A DNA stretch of 64,000 bases from Dehalococcoidia bacterium (GCA_965197645.1 OZ240219.1:1312001-1376000); one strand, 5' to 3'; counted from the first letter of the stretch, positions 47,671-57,004 are shown. The notes: generated by a model from the sequence alone, not told the origin. A program made the numbers and translations.

Positions 47671-50052
47671 CTAGCGTCCCGCGCCGACCGTCTCCTTCCC
47701 CCGTTCCTGCTCCATCGCCCACTCGAACATCGAGAGGCTTGCGGGCTGGGGCTTCCCGTTGCGCTTCGGCTTCACCGGCTCGGCCATGAACTCGGCCCAG
47801 GAGAACAGCGACTGCTGCGGCTCCGGGTCCTCGTCCTCGTGGTGGCCGTTGGTCCCGTTCCCGTTGGCCGGGGCGGGCGCGTGGCCGTTCCCATTGCCGT
47901 TGGCGTGGCGGCCGTTGGCCGGCACAAGCTCGACCGTCGGCCCGAACAGGTCGTCGTGGTGACCGTTGCCATTCCCGTTCCCGTTGACCGCAATGGTCTC
48001 CGGCTCGATCTCGACCAGCTTCCAGCCGTCGTCCACCAACAGCTCCTCGGCGGTGGCCTCAGCGTTCCTGGCCTGGGCGAACACCTCCTCCATCGTCTCG
48101 GCCTCGTCCTCCTCCTCGCCGCTGACGATCTTGCGGGCCAGCGCCATAATCATGTCGTCGCCGTCGTCCCCGTAGGCCGCGAGGCCGTCCTCCGGCAGCT
48201 CCCCCTCGACGGCCAGGGAGCTCTGCATCTTCTTTGCCACCAGCTTCAGCGCGTCGGCCTGGAGCGTGTTCCGGTAGGACATGAACACGACCTTGACCGG
48301 GCGGGTCTGCCCGATGCGCCACGACCGCCGCGACGCCTGCCGGACGACGTACACCGAATAATCTGTCTCGTCCCAGACGATGGTCGGGAAGTCGATCAGG
48401 TCGAGGCCGGTCTGCACCAGCCTGGGATGGCAGATGAGGACATCGATGCCCTCCTTCACCTTGTCCGCGACCCACTTCTCCCTGCGGTTCGGGGCCACCG
48501 CGTCGGCCTTCATCACCGCCACCCGGAAGCCGTGCCGGGTGAGGAAGTCGTCCATCCGCCCGGTGATGTCACGCGTCCCCGTATGCGTGACGTAGACCAG
48601 CACCCGCCTTCCCTCCAGCCGCTCGGCGGCCACCAGGTCGACGAGCGCCTTCTCCTTCGGGTAGAGCTTCTCCTCGGAAAGCGGCGGGACCGCCACGATG
48701 ACGTCGCCCGTCCTGGGGTCGAAGACCGTCTCGCCCCTGGTGCAGCCGTCGGGGTAGGCCAGCAGCGTCTGGAGGTAGGTCGCCAGCAGCCGCTTGGAAC
48801 CGGCCTTCAGAGCCGCCGCCAGCTCCTTCTTCAGCTCCTCGAACACCTTGTTGTAGGCGCTGCGCTGGGAGTAGCCGGTGGAGTCCTCCTCCGAGTCCAT
48901 CGAGGACACGAGGATTTTCTCCTCGTAGTCCGGCAGCCCGGAGGCGACGTCGGCCAGTCTGAGGAACACCGTGTTCCCGATGATGTGAAACAACGCCGAG
49001 GGCACGAGTCCCGGCCTCTCCCTGGTGACCTTGCGGTAGCTGCGGCGGCGGCTGTTGCGCCCGTCCTCCACCGCGTCGTCGTCGGGCTTGCCGACGGTGA
49101 CCTCCTCGAAGCCGTAGCGCTGTATCCAGCGGTGCTCGTCGGAGCGCCCGAACTCCGTCCTGATCTCCGGCGAGAACCGGTAGAGCAGGTGGAAGATGGT
49201 CGAGGAGTAGCCGCCGAGGAGCGTGCCCGTAAGGGAGAGGGACTTGCCGCACACGTCGGCGAGGATGCCGGCGGCGATGCCCTGGGCCGAGCCGCGCCCC
49301 TTGAACTCGTGAACTTCGTCGCCGATAAGCAGGTCGAAGAAGCCCTTCATCCGGTGCTTGATGTAGTCGGCCAGCGGGTAGCGGGCCGGGCCGGACCTGT
49401 CGGCCTGCCAGAGGGGGGCGTCGCAGGCGGCGCAGGTGTGCTTGCGGCGGTTCAGGTCCGCGAAGGTCAGCGGCACCCCGTCCTTGTCGACGATCTGCGC
49501 CGTGCAGTCGGGGCAGCAGGGGATGCGGAAGGGCTCCCCCGTCTCCTCCTCCCGCAGGAGCCTTCCCTTGGATACCGCCCACCGCTCGATGACGGCGGGC
49601 ATCCAGCGGTAGGACAGCTTGGCCTTCTCCCGGCTCATCACCGCGAACAGCGGGCCGGAGCCTATGGAGAGGCGCAGCCGCTCCAGGTCGGTGATGGACT
49701 CGACGATGGCGGCGCGGACGCCGGGCACCGTCATCTCCACCTCCCGCTTCCACTTGGGGACCAGGTGCGGCGGGCAGATGATGAGCACCCGTTGGAATCC
49801 CGCCATGTACGCCGCCGCCGCGCCGATGAATGTCTTGCCGGTGCCCATTTCGCCCACTACCGTCGTGCCCCGGTGGGCCTTCAGCGATAGGGCCGCGCCC
49901 CTGATTGCGTCGGCCTGCGCTCCCAGGGGCCTGCGGAGCAGCCTGGGGAGCGTGCCGCCGTTCTCCGAGGGACGGTAGAGCGGCGGGTAGGACTCGACCA
50001 CCCTCCTGGCTATCGCGTCCTTGAACGTGTCTATGAAACCTCCGAGGTTCAT
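47671..50052 (-). CDS. SNF2/DEAD-like superfamily 2 helicase of ICE type
   Basis: GEMGTGKT, DEVH, LTGT, VQTGLDL and QASRRSWRIGQ motifs; CxxC pairs. Confidence 0.85.
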   Translation of the reverse strand: MNLGGFIDTFKDAIARRVVESYPPLYRPSENGGTLPRLLRRPLGAQADAIRGAALSLKAHRGTTVVGEMGTGKTFIGAAAAYMAGFQRVLIICPPHLVPKWKREVEMTVPGVRAAIVESITDLERLRLSIGSGPLFAVMSREKAKLSYRWMPAVIERWAVSKGRLLREEETGEPFRIPCCPDCTAQIVDKDGVPLTFADLNRRKHTCAACDAPLWQADRSGPARYPLADYIKHRMKGFFDLLIGDEVHEFKGRGSAQGIAAGILADVCGKSLSLTGTLLGGYSSTIFHLLYRFSPEIRTEFGRSDEHRWIQRYGFEEVTVGKPDDDAVEDGRNSRRRSYRKVTRERPGLVPSALFHIIGNTVFLRLADVASGLPDYEEKILVSSMDSEEDSTGYSQRSAYNKVFEELKKELAAALKAGSKRLLATYLQTLLAYPDGCTRGETVFDPRTGDVIVAVPPLSEEKLYPKEKALVDLVAAERLEGRRVLVYVTHTGTRDITGRMDDFLTRHGFRVAVMKADAVAPNRREKWVADKVKEGIDVLICHPRLVQTGLDLIDFPTIVWDETDYSVYVVRQASRRSWRIGQTRPVKVVFMSYRNTLQADALKLVAKKMQSSLAVEGELPEDGLAAYGDDGDDMIMALARKIVSGEEEDEAETMEEVFAQARNAEATAEELLVDDGWKLVEIEPETIAVNGNGNGNGHHDDLFGPTVELVPANGRHANGNGNGHAPAPANGNGTNGHHEDEDPEPQQSLFSWAEFMAEPVKPKRNGKPQPASLSMFEWAMEQERGKETVGAGR

Positions 50053-50316
50053 GTGAGTCGTCCTCCTTTTCGTGGTGGTTAGAGGACGACGCCGGAACCC
50101 GGACGCACGTCTCCATCAGTCGCCGCCGCCAGGCGGAGAGCGACGGGAGACGGACTGCACCGCCCCATCGGGGGCGGTCGGGTTCCGGCAACGCCCCCAG
50201 GCGAATGCTTGAACGTGCGAAGGCCCGCCCACGGCGGGACTCGCGTATGCGGCCCGGTACGGGCCGTCCCAGGCTGCTTCGAGGCAGCCGCCCATCATGC
50301 GGTGCGTCACGGAGCC

Positions 50317-51654
50317 CTACGCAGCTGCCGTCTCCGGCTGCCTCAGCATGGCGGAGTAGCCCCTCTCGACGACGTGGGTGACCGAGACCCGGCCCATGCC
50401 GTCGTACCCGGCGCGGTAGGCGTACTCCGCCTTCGCGCCCCAGGGCACCCGGCCGCCGACCCGAATGGAGCCGCCGCCGGCCTTGGCGCCGCGCCCGGGG
50501 CCACCGGCGCCGCGCACCACCATCCCGCTCCGCTCGCCCTTGCGCCAGCCCAGCACCTTCACCTCGGCGGGCATGACGCGCTCCGCACTCGTCTGCTGGA
50601 ACAGGACGCCGTGGAGCCTCTTCAGAACGCCCGGCGACGGGTTGTTCCTGCCGTTCATGATCTGGGAGAGGTTGGCGGAGCTGATGCCCGCTCGCCTGGC
50701 AACCTCGTTCTGGCTGAAGCCGTGAGCGTCCATCCGGCCCCACATCGCCTCCCGGTCGATGCAGGCGGGCTGCTCGGGAGCGACCTTCACCGGAGCCTCC
50801 AACACCGACGCGATCCGCGCTTGGACTTTCACGCCCATGCTCCCGCGGCCCCGCGCCACCATTGACATGTAGCCGTAGGAGACGCCCACGCGGTCGGCCA
50901 ATTCCTGCATGGTCATGCCCAGCTCCCTGGCCCGCTCCCTGATGTAGCTGGACTCGCCGCTCACGACGGGTCCCTGTCGGTTGGCGCACTTGGCGGGCGC
51001 GATCTTCGCCGGGGCCTGCAACACCGACTCGACCCTGGCCTGCATCTTCACGCCCATGTGCTTGCGGCCACGGGCCACCTGCGTCATGTATCCGTAGGAC
51101 ACGCCAGCGCGGTCGGCCAGGTCCTGCATGGTCATGCCCAGCTCCCTGGCCCGCTCCCGGATGTAGCTGGACTCGCCGCTCACCACTTCCCCCTGGCGGT
51201 TGACGCACCGTGCGGGGGCAACCTTCGCCGGGGCCTGCAACACCGACTCGACCCGCGCCTGGACCTTGACGCCCATGTGCCTGCGGCCACGGGATACGTC
51301 CGTCATGTAGCCGTAGGACACGCCAGCGCGGTCGGCCAGGTCCTGCATGGTCATGCCCAGGGTGCGTGCACGCTCCCGGATGAAGCTGCTCTCGCCGGTC
51401 ACGACGCCGCCCTGGCGGTAGACGGTCCCCTGCCCGGGGACCTCTCCCAGCACCGCCGCAGCCTTCTCGCGCATCTTCGGCGTCCACGGCCTACCCCCGT
51501 TCGCAATCTGCGAAAGGTAGCCCGCACTCACGCCCATCATGGCCGCGAGCTCCTTCATGGTGACCCCGCGCCGCCTCGCCGCAGCCCTGAGCTCGCTCTC
51601 CGCTCCCGCCGTCTCGTTGGTCCGATTGGTCTGTGTCGTCGTTGCCGTCGTCAT
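50317..51654 (-). CDS. Multi-HTH (five XRE domains) DNA-binding protein
   Basis: Three 80-aa repeats (GESSxIRERARxLGMTMQxLADRxGVSYGYM) flanked by two more XRE HTHs; AGGAGG RBS. Confidence 0.85.
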   Translation of the reverse strand: MTTATTTQTNRTNETAGAESELRAAARRRGVTMKELAAMMGVSAGYLSQIANGGRPWTPKMREKAAAVLGEVPGQGTVYRQGGVVTGESSFIRERARTLGMTMQDLADRAGVSYGYMTDVSRGRRHMGVKVQARVESVLQAPAKVAPARCVNRQGEVVSGESSYIRERARELGMTMQDLADRAGVSYGYMTQVARGRKHMGVKMQARVESVLQAPAKIAPAKCANRQGPVVSGESSYIRERARELGMTMQELADRVGVSYGYMSMVARGRGSMGVKVQARIASVLEAPVKVAPEQPACIDREAMWGRMDAHGFSQNEVARRAGISSANLSQIMNGRNNPSPGVLKRLHGVLFQQTSAERVMPAEVKVLGWRKGERSGMVVRGAGGPGRGAKAGGGSIRVGGRVPWGAKAEYAYRAGYDGMGRVSVTHVVERGYSAMLRQPETAAA

Positions 51655-52142
51655 GTCGCTTCCTCCTGTAATGAAGAAGCGGGACCGCCCCCCTGTGGGA
51701 GACAGTCCCGCTTGATGCCTTGTCCCGATGGCCGGGACTGTCTCCTTGGGTGGCGTAGTTGCCGTGGCGAATGGCCGGTGCGGCGTCCCGGACTCAAGTC
51801 CGGGGCGGCCTCTGCGGAAGGCCGTGTGCGGGGCAAGCCCCCGGAATCAATCCGGGGCAGGCTCCGTCGTGCATAGGGCACAGGTCCCACCCCAACCGGA
51901 GTCGGGGAGCAGACCTGTGCGACGCGTGTGGGGTTGGGGGAAGAGGGATCGAAGCCCGCAGAGGAGCGGGCGGAGGAGGCAGCGATCCCCATGCGGGACG
52001 CTGCCTGGTGAAACGGAGCGCCCATGCAAGCAGTCGCAAGAAGGCGACGACTCAGGGTCCAAGCAGGGCACTGAGGCGCCCCGTTTGCCTCACGAGTCGT
52101 CAACCGTTGCTTGGGCCACGTCAGCGCCGGGCCACTCTCCGG
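51655..52142 (-). other. Highly structured non-coding leader (many hairpins)
   Basis: CCCGGA/TCCGGG, CCCCGGA/TCCGGGG, GCACAGGTC/GACCTGTGC, GGCAGCG/CGCTGCC and GACGACTC/GAGTCGTC stems. Confidence 0.55.
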
Positions 52143-52646
52143 TCAGGGCCGAGGGTAGGCATTCGTCAGGGGCCGAAGCCCCCGCAGGCTGCGCCCCGAG
52201 ACCACCTTGCCGGGCCGCCAGCTCATACCCAACACCGCGGCGACCTCCATCGTCCCGTCGCCCTGGGGAACCAGCGCGGACGCCCTTCCCGTGCCCTGGC
52301 TGTAGAGCATGATCTTCCCGCCGCCGAACCGCCGCTTCACCAGCTGCGTCCACTCGGAGAAGGCCCACCGAGCCTCCCTCTGCGTAGTCTTCGCAGCGTC
52401 CACGCCGGCGAGGACCGCCAGCGCCCCGTCGACGTCCCCCGACTGCCTGAGCCGCCGGGCCTCGTGAATCGAGCGCACCGCGCTCGGCTCCGCCGTCTCC
52501 GCCGATGCCGTCTGCGTTGCGGCTCTCGGCTCCTCCACCTTGAACAGCGCCGCAATGAGCTGGTCGACCAGCTCCTCCAGGCTGCGCCGGGGCCTGTCCA
52601 CCGTGTCCATCGTCCGATTGCCTGCTACCAGTGTTGCCGTCGTCAT
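52143..52646 (-). CDS. Hypothetical protein (167 aa)
   Basis: AAGGAGG RBS; GC-rich codon pattern. Confidence 0.7.
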   Translation of the reverse strand: MTTATLVAGNRTMDTVDRPRRSLEELVDQLIAALFKVEEPRAATQTASAETAEPSAVRSIHEARRLRQSGDVDGALAVLAGVDAAKTTQREARWAFSEWTQLVKRRFGGGKIMLYSQGTGRASALVPQGDGTMEVAAVLGMSWRPGKVVSGRSLRGLRPLTNAYPRP

Positions 52647-52781
52647 CGTGCACCTCCTTAGTGCCTATGCTTTGTTGCCTTGCCGAATGCGCCCGCTTGC
52701 GGGCAAAGAAGAAGGGCCGCCCCCGGATGGAGACGACCCTTTGCGTGTTGGGATGGGTGAGGGAGCCCGAGGCCCCCGTTG

Positions 52782-53270
52782 TCAGCGTCGCCTTACAGGA
52801 CGCCGGGGCATGAACCGCCGTAGCAGCATCCAGCCGATGCCCAGCCCGACGAGGTTCAGGAAGAAGAGCTCCAGGTCGAGGGTCAGCAGCGGCGCCGCAA
52901 CGACCAGAGCGACGACCCCTGCCACGACCACCTTCTTCCGCTTCCACCAGGGACGCTTCTCAGGGGCCTTGGCCGCCGTGTCGGGAACCGGCTCGAAGGC
53001 CGTCCAGATGGGCAGGCCGACGAGCGCCTCGAGCTGCGTGATGACCAGACCGCGTGAGCAGCCCCGGGTGTGGCACCTGGTGTCGATGCCCTGTCCGTCC
53101 GGTCGCTGCCGAAACGCCAGCCCGTCCGACTTGCCGCCGTGACAGACCGCCGTGCTCGTCCAGAACCAGCCCTTGTCGAAGCTCACCCGGTGCGGCAGCA
53201 GATCGGCGATCCGTGCCGCGCTCGGTCCCACGTACTGCTCCGTCGTTGCCCGTGTCCGTGATTCGTCCAT
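52782..53270 (-). CDS. Primase-type (CHC2-like) zinc finger with a C-terminal membrane anchor
   Basis: AVCHGGKSDGLAF...TRCHTRGC, then KRKK and two hydrophobic segments; AAGGAGGT RBS. Confidence 0.6.
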   Translation of the reverse strand: MDESRTRATTEQYVGPSAARIADLLPHRVSFDKGWFWTSTAVCHGGKSDGLAFRQRPDGQGIDTRCHTRGCSRGLVITQLEALVGLPIWTAFEPVPDTAAKAPEKRPWWKRKKVVVAGVVALVVAAPLLTLDLELFFLNLVGLGIGWMLLRRFMPRRPVRRR

Positions 53271-53600
53271 GTGCGATACCTCCTTGTGTGTTGTGTGCCG
53301 TTGACGCCATGACTCCGTTCCGAAGACGCACCCGGCCCGCCAGGGATGCGAACGCATGGGAGACCGGGGTGAAAGAAGACGCAGCTCGCCCCGGGATGAA
53401 TGGCGTCAAGGGGGAAGGGCTGCGAGACATGAAGCGACCAGCCTGCTTGAGACGGCAGACCGGCGCATGTCGAAGCTGCGGCCCGGCTGCGTGACAGCCA
53501 TGCCGCGGGCATGAGGAGTCGGTCGAAGCGACAGACGCACTTCGACCGACTAAGTGAGGACGAGGCGCAAGGGGCGCGCTTCGTCGCTGAGTCCAACGGC

Positions 53601-53920
53601 GAGAGCGATTGACTCCAAACCGCCAGACCGGTGTCCAGCGACCGAAGCGATCAACTCCGATTCGCCAGACCAATGCCCAGCGAGTGAAGCGATCAACCCC
53701 AACCGCCAGACAGGTGCCCGACGTATGAAGCGATCAACTCCACTCGCCGGACGGGTGTTCAGCGGGAGAAGGACGAACGTCAACTCCAACCCGCCGAACT
53801 GGACCGAGGACGAAGGCGCTGTGTCAACTCCGTCGAATCGGCCCGCGCTGGTTGCGAAGGACCAACGTCAAACTCCGCAGTGGCCAGCATTCCCTCTTGG
53901 GTGACGCTAAGGTCAACCCG
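53601..53920. repeat. Degenerate tandem array with 41-46 bp period (iteron/centromere-like)
   Basis: Core TCAAC(T/C)CC-like at 53609, 53651, 53693, 53734, 53780, 53824, 53868 and 53913; first four units share GAAGCGATCAAC..C...CGCC(A/G)GAC. Confidence 0.75.
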
Positions 53921-54133
53921 TGCAACAGGGATCACGCACCCAGGTTTCTATGGTCGGAAACCGTGGTAAAAGCCAAACAGTGCAACCATTATTACCAGAC
54001 CCTTTCGGCGTTGAAAAGGCTTTGGAAGCGTGACCGCCCAAATCCGTCTATCCAGTTCATGTAAACGTCATAAAAACATCCGAAAAAGTTCATATGGTTC
54101 CCGTGCGGCGCTCCCGTGCGTTGTTGCGGCCCT

Positions 54134-54937
54134 TCACTTCCGCCAAAGCCCGAAGGTAACTCTGCGCATGAACTCGGCCTTCTTCCGCCCTCTCCGCGTG
54201 TCGGAGAGAGCGGTCCTGCGCCAGGTGATCTGGCCGCTCCGGTCGAAGTCCCGCAGCGGCTGCTTCTCAGGCGGCAGGGTCATCCCGTGCTCTTCGAGGA
54301 GGGCCAGCTCGACCTTCAAGACCCGCTCCTGGGTGGTCAGCCACTCAACGCTCTCGCCCCGTTCGGGGTGGGCGTCCAGCAGCTTCCGCCACTCGACGAT
54401 GAGGGGCCAGGCCGCGCCGAATATCTCCTCGTCGTCCGGGGCAGGCTCCAGCGTCGCAAGGTCGGGGTACTCCCTGCGCATCGAGGGCTTCGACGGAGGC
54501 TTTCCGTCCCGGTCCGCAGCACTGGCCCCGGACTGCTCCTCTCCCTCCTGCGCAGCTTCGTAGCCGTCGTCCCGCCGCAGGGAGGCCAGCTTGCCCTCGA
54601 CGGAGGCCATCCGCCTGCGAAGCTCCTTGCCCAGCTCGTCGTGGCCCTTCTCAAGCGCATCGACACGGGCCTCCAGCTTCTCGTTGCGCTCTCGCTGGCG
54701 CTCCGCAGCCGAGCCGACGCCCTCCTGCAACGCCCGCTCCAGGGAGTCCCGCGTCCGCCGTGAGAGCCGACCCGTCCTGATGCTCTCGACCACGGTCTTC
54801 GGGTCTATCTCCAGCACCCGCGCCGCGCCCTTGGGACCCCGCTTTCGCACCAGCTCTTGCAGCAGCGCCATGAGCCGCATGTGGTACATGTTCTCCACGG
54901 CCCGGCTCTCCTCGATGCCGTGTTCGGTAGTCTTCAT
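54134..54937 (-). CDS. Hypothetical protein with an N-terminal HTH-like segment and a coiled coil
   Basis: GPKGAARVLEIDPKTV HTH-like segment; heptad region; GGAGGA RBS before ATG 54937. Confidence 0.7.
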   Translation of the reverse strand: MKTTEHGIEESRAVENMYHMRLMALLQELVRKRGPKGAARVLEIDPKTVVESIRTGRLSRRTRDSLERALQEGVGSAAERQRERNEKLEARVDALEKGHDELGKELRRRMASVEGKLASLRRDDGYEAAQEGEEQSGASAADRDGKPPSKPSMRREYPDLATLEPAPDDEEIFGAAWPLIVEWRKLLDAHPERGESVEWLTTQERVLKVELALLEEHGMTLPPEKQPLRDFDRSGQITWRRTALSDTRRGRKKAEFMRRVTFGLWRK

Positions 54938-55297
54938 GGCAATTTCCTCCTTCTCAGAACCTCGTTTCGACTTCGCCCCAGCTACGGCCCAGCTTTGGCC
55001 CGGCGTTGACTTCGGTTGCCGACCGGCGTCATGCACCCCCACGTCGCCGGGGTTTTGCGCCCCGTTTTCCGCTCCACCCGCCCCTTTCCCGTGATGCGTG
55101 CCCCCCACCGTCGAGCGGGTTTTGAGCCGGATGACCTGAACGCACTCTTTCAACAAAGTGTTCACTGTTCACGTCCTGTAGGGGGTGATTCATGCCCATT
55201 TCAGCTTTGCCACGACCCGATATTCGATTTCCTCCGAAACTCAATTTCCTGTACAGCCCCATTACTGCATAGATGGAGGCGTTTTCCAATGACCTCG

Positions 55298-55325
55298 TAA
55301 GGTGCATTACTGTTGATGCACCTTA
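55298..55325. promoter_or_regulatory. Perfect 10-8-10 inverted repeat upstream of the transfer operon
   Basis: TAAGGTGCAT-TACTGTTG-ATGCACCTTA in AT-rich divergent intergenic DNA. Confidence 0.6.
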
Positions 55326-55408
55326 TGGGTAGTTTCTAACCCTTTTTCGGTTGTTCACACTCTCCTGCGACGGCCTCCAACCGGTGGGCCGCACGAAAGC
55401 GAAGAGAG

Positions 55409-56023
55409 GTGGACAACGTGGCGCTGAAATCGAAGCTCCGGTCGTCAAGGCGGTTTATTCCCCTTGTTTCCGCGCTGCTATTGGCGGCGCTTCTGGCAAT
55501 CCCCGCAAGCAACATCGCCCTGGCCCAGGCCCCGCCCGGTAACGAGCTGACCCTCGTCAACGCCGACCGGGAGTTCGTGGAGCGCAAGGGCGGCGGCGAG
55601 TTCGTCGCCCGCCCCGTCTTCGACCGGAGGATCGAGGTCCTCCACTACGCCGTCCGCGACGCCGACACCGGCGACTGGATAAGCGCCATGTACCGGGTCA
55701 AGGGGGGCGAGAAGAAGCGCTCGGATGGCTGGGAGTACTCGTGGGAGTACCCAGACCTGGACGACCACCCCGACCTCGACCGCGACAAGGCGTACCTCTT
55801 GGTCATGCTGGCCGTCGCCGAGGACGGCAAGCGGGGAGACTTCTACGCCGTCGTCCCCATCCACGAGCCGGGGCGCATCTGGGACAAGATTCTGAGCGCC
55901 CTCAACCCGGCGCGCTGGGCGAGGGCCTTCGCCGGCTGGATGATCGAGGGAGTCCACGGGACCCTCTGCGGAGTGGTTGAGCGGGCGTCCGGCGAGGACG
56001 CCGACAACTGCGGGGGCGGGTAG
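55409..56023 (+). CDS. Secreted hypothetical protein, first gene of the transfer operon
   Basis: Signal peptide ending ALA|Q; GAGG RBS; 3 nt before the virB6-like gene. Confidence 0.7.
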   Translation: MDNVALKSKLRSSRRFIPLVSALLLAALLAIPASNIALAQAPPGNELTLVNADREFVERKGGGEFVARPVFDRRIEVLHYAVRDADTGDWISAMYRVKGGEKKRSDGWEYSWEYPDLDDHPDLDRDKAYLLVMLAVAEDGKRGDFYAVVPIHEPGRIWDKILSALNPARWARAFAGWMIEGVHGTLCGVVERASGEDADNCGGG

Positions 56024-56026
56024 CCG

Positions 56027-57004
56027 ATGAGCGACATCCTCACCGGAACACCCGCCGACCTCACCTACGCCCATGAGCTGGTGCGCCAGGCGTGGATGGT
56101 CGTCTGGGCCATAACAACCGGCGCCCTGGTCGTCATCCTCGGCTGGATGGGCCTCTCGCTCATCGTGTCCGAGCACCTTGGCCGCCAGCAGACGGGATGG
56201 CGGGAGATGGTGCCCCGGCTCGTGCTGGGACTTGTCGCCGCCGCGTCTTCCCTGTGGTGGTGCGCCCTGGTCCTGGACGTGGCCGACGCCGTGTCAGGAT
56301 TCATCGCCGTCTCCCTCAACGTCACCCCCGGAGACCTGCTCCGGGCTCCCCTCGACACCTTCCTCACAGCCGTCCAGGCCGGGAGCGTGGGCATGGCGCA
56401 GCTCCTGGCCCTGCTCTATCTGGTCTACGGCTTCTTCGTGCTCTACGTCATCGTCCAGATGGTGCTGCGCCTGGCCCTCATCGACATCCTTCTCGCACTG
56501 GCCCCCATCGCGTTGGGGCTGTGGATTCTGCCCCACACGGCGGGCTGGGGCCGCCACTGGCTGCGCCTGTTCATGACGACGGTGTTCCAGCAGGCGGTGC
56601 AGCTCATCGCCCTGGCCCTGGGGATCGGCTTCCTCAACGAGTTCGCGTCGGTCGCCGCCTTCGAGCCGGTGCAGGACCTGATCTGGAAGCTCTTGATGTC
56701 CCTGGCCTTCGTCTACATGGCGACCAGGGTTCCGAGCATGTTGGGCAACTCCGGGACCTTCGACTCCTGGCTCTCGATGCTCTATTTCGGCATGAACCTG
56801 CCCGCTTCGATGGTGCGCTCGGCGAAGACCATCGGGCTGATGAGCGGCGCGGTGGGAGGGCCGGGAGGCATGGCCGTGGGAGCGATTGCGGCCAGCGCGG
56901 GGGTGTCGGCGGCAGCCTCCGGCCTCAGCTCGGCGGCGTCGATGGCGACCCCATCGGGCGGAGGCGCGGACGGCGGCGGAGCGCCCAGAAGCAGCGGCGA
57001 GTAG
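56027..57004 (+). CDS. VirB6/TrbL-like conjugal transfer membrane protein
   Basis: Polytopic; LALAPIAL...LPHTAGW...W...F..TVFQQ motif; Gly/Ala-rich tail. Confidence 0.8.
   Translation: MSDILTGTPADLTYAHELVRQAWMVVWAITTGALVVILGWMGLSLIVSEHLGRQQTGWREMVPRLVLGLVAAASSLWWCALVLDVADAVSGFIAVSLNVTPGDLLRAPLDTFLTAVQAGSVGMAQLLALLYLVYGFFVLYVIVQMVLRLALIDILLALAPIALGLWILPHTAGWGRHWLRLFMTTVFQQAVQLIALALGIGFLNEFASVAAFEPVQDLIWKLLMSLAFVYMATRVPSMLGNSGTFDSWLSMLYFGMNLPASMVRSAKTIGLMSGAVGGPGGMAVGAIAASAGVSAAASGLSSAASMATPSGGGADGGGAPRSSGE

Noticed and set aside
38582-47722. Long antisense ORFs (1222, 461, 380 and 628 aa) over the adhesin
   Set aside because: Shadow ORFs caused by high GC3 codon bias; no motifs or RBS
47461-51487. 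809-aa (+) and 972-aa (-) ORFs overlapping the helicase and HTH genes
   Set aside because: Alternative-frame, Arg/Gly/Pro-rich artefacts of GC-rich DNA
53601-53920. Possible CRISPR array
   Set aside because: Period too short, inter-repeat DNA is itself homologous, repeats are degenerate, and no cas genes are present
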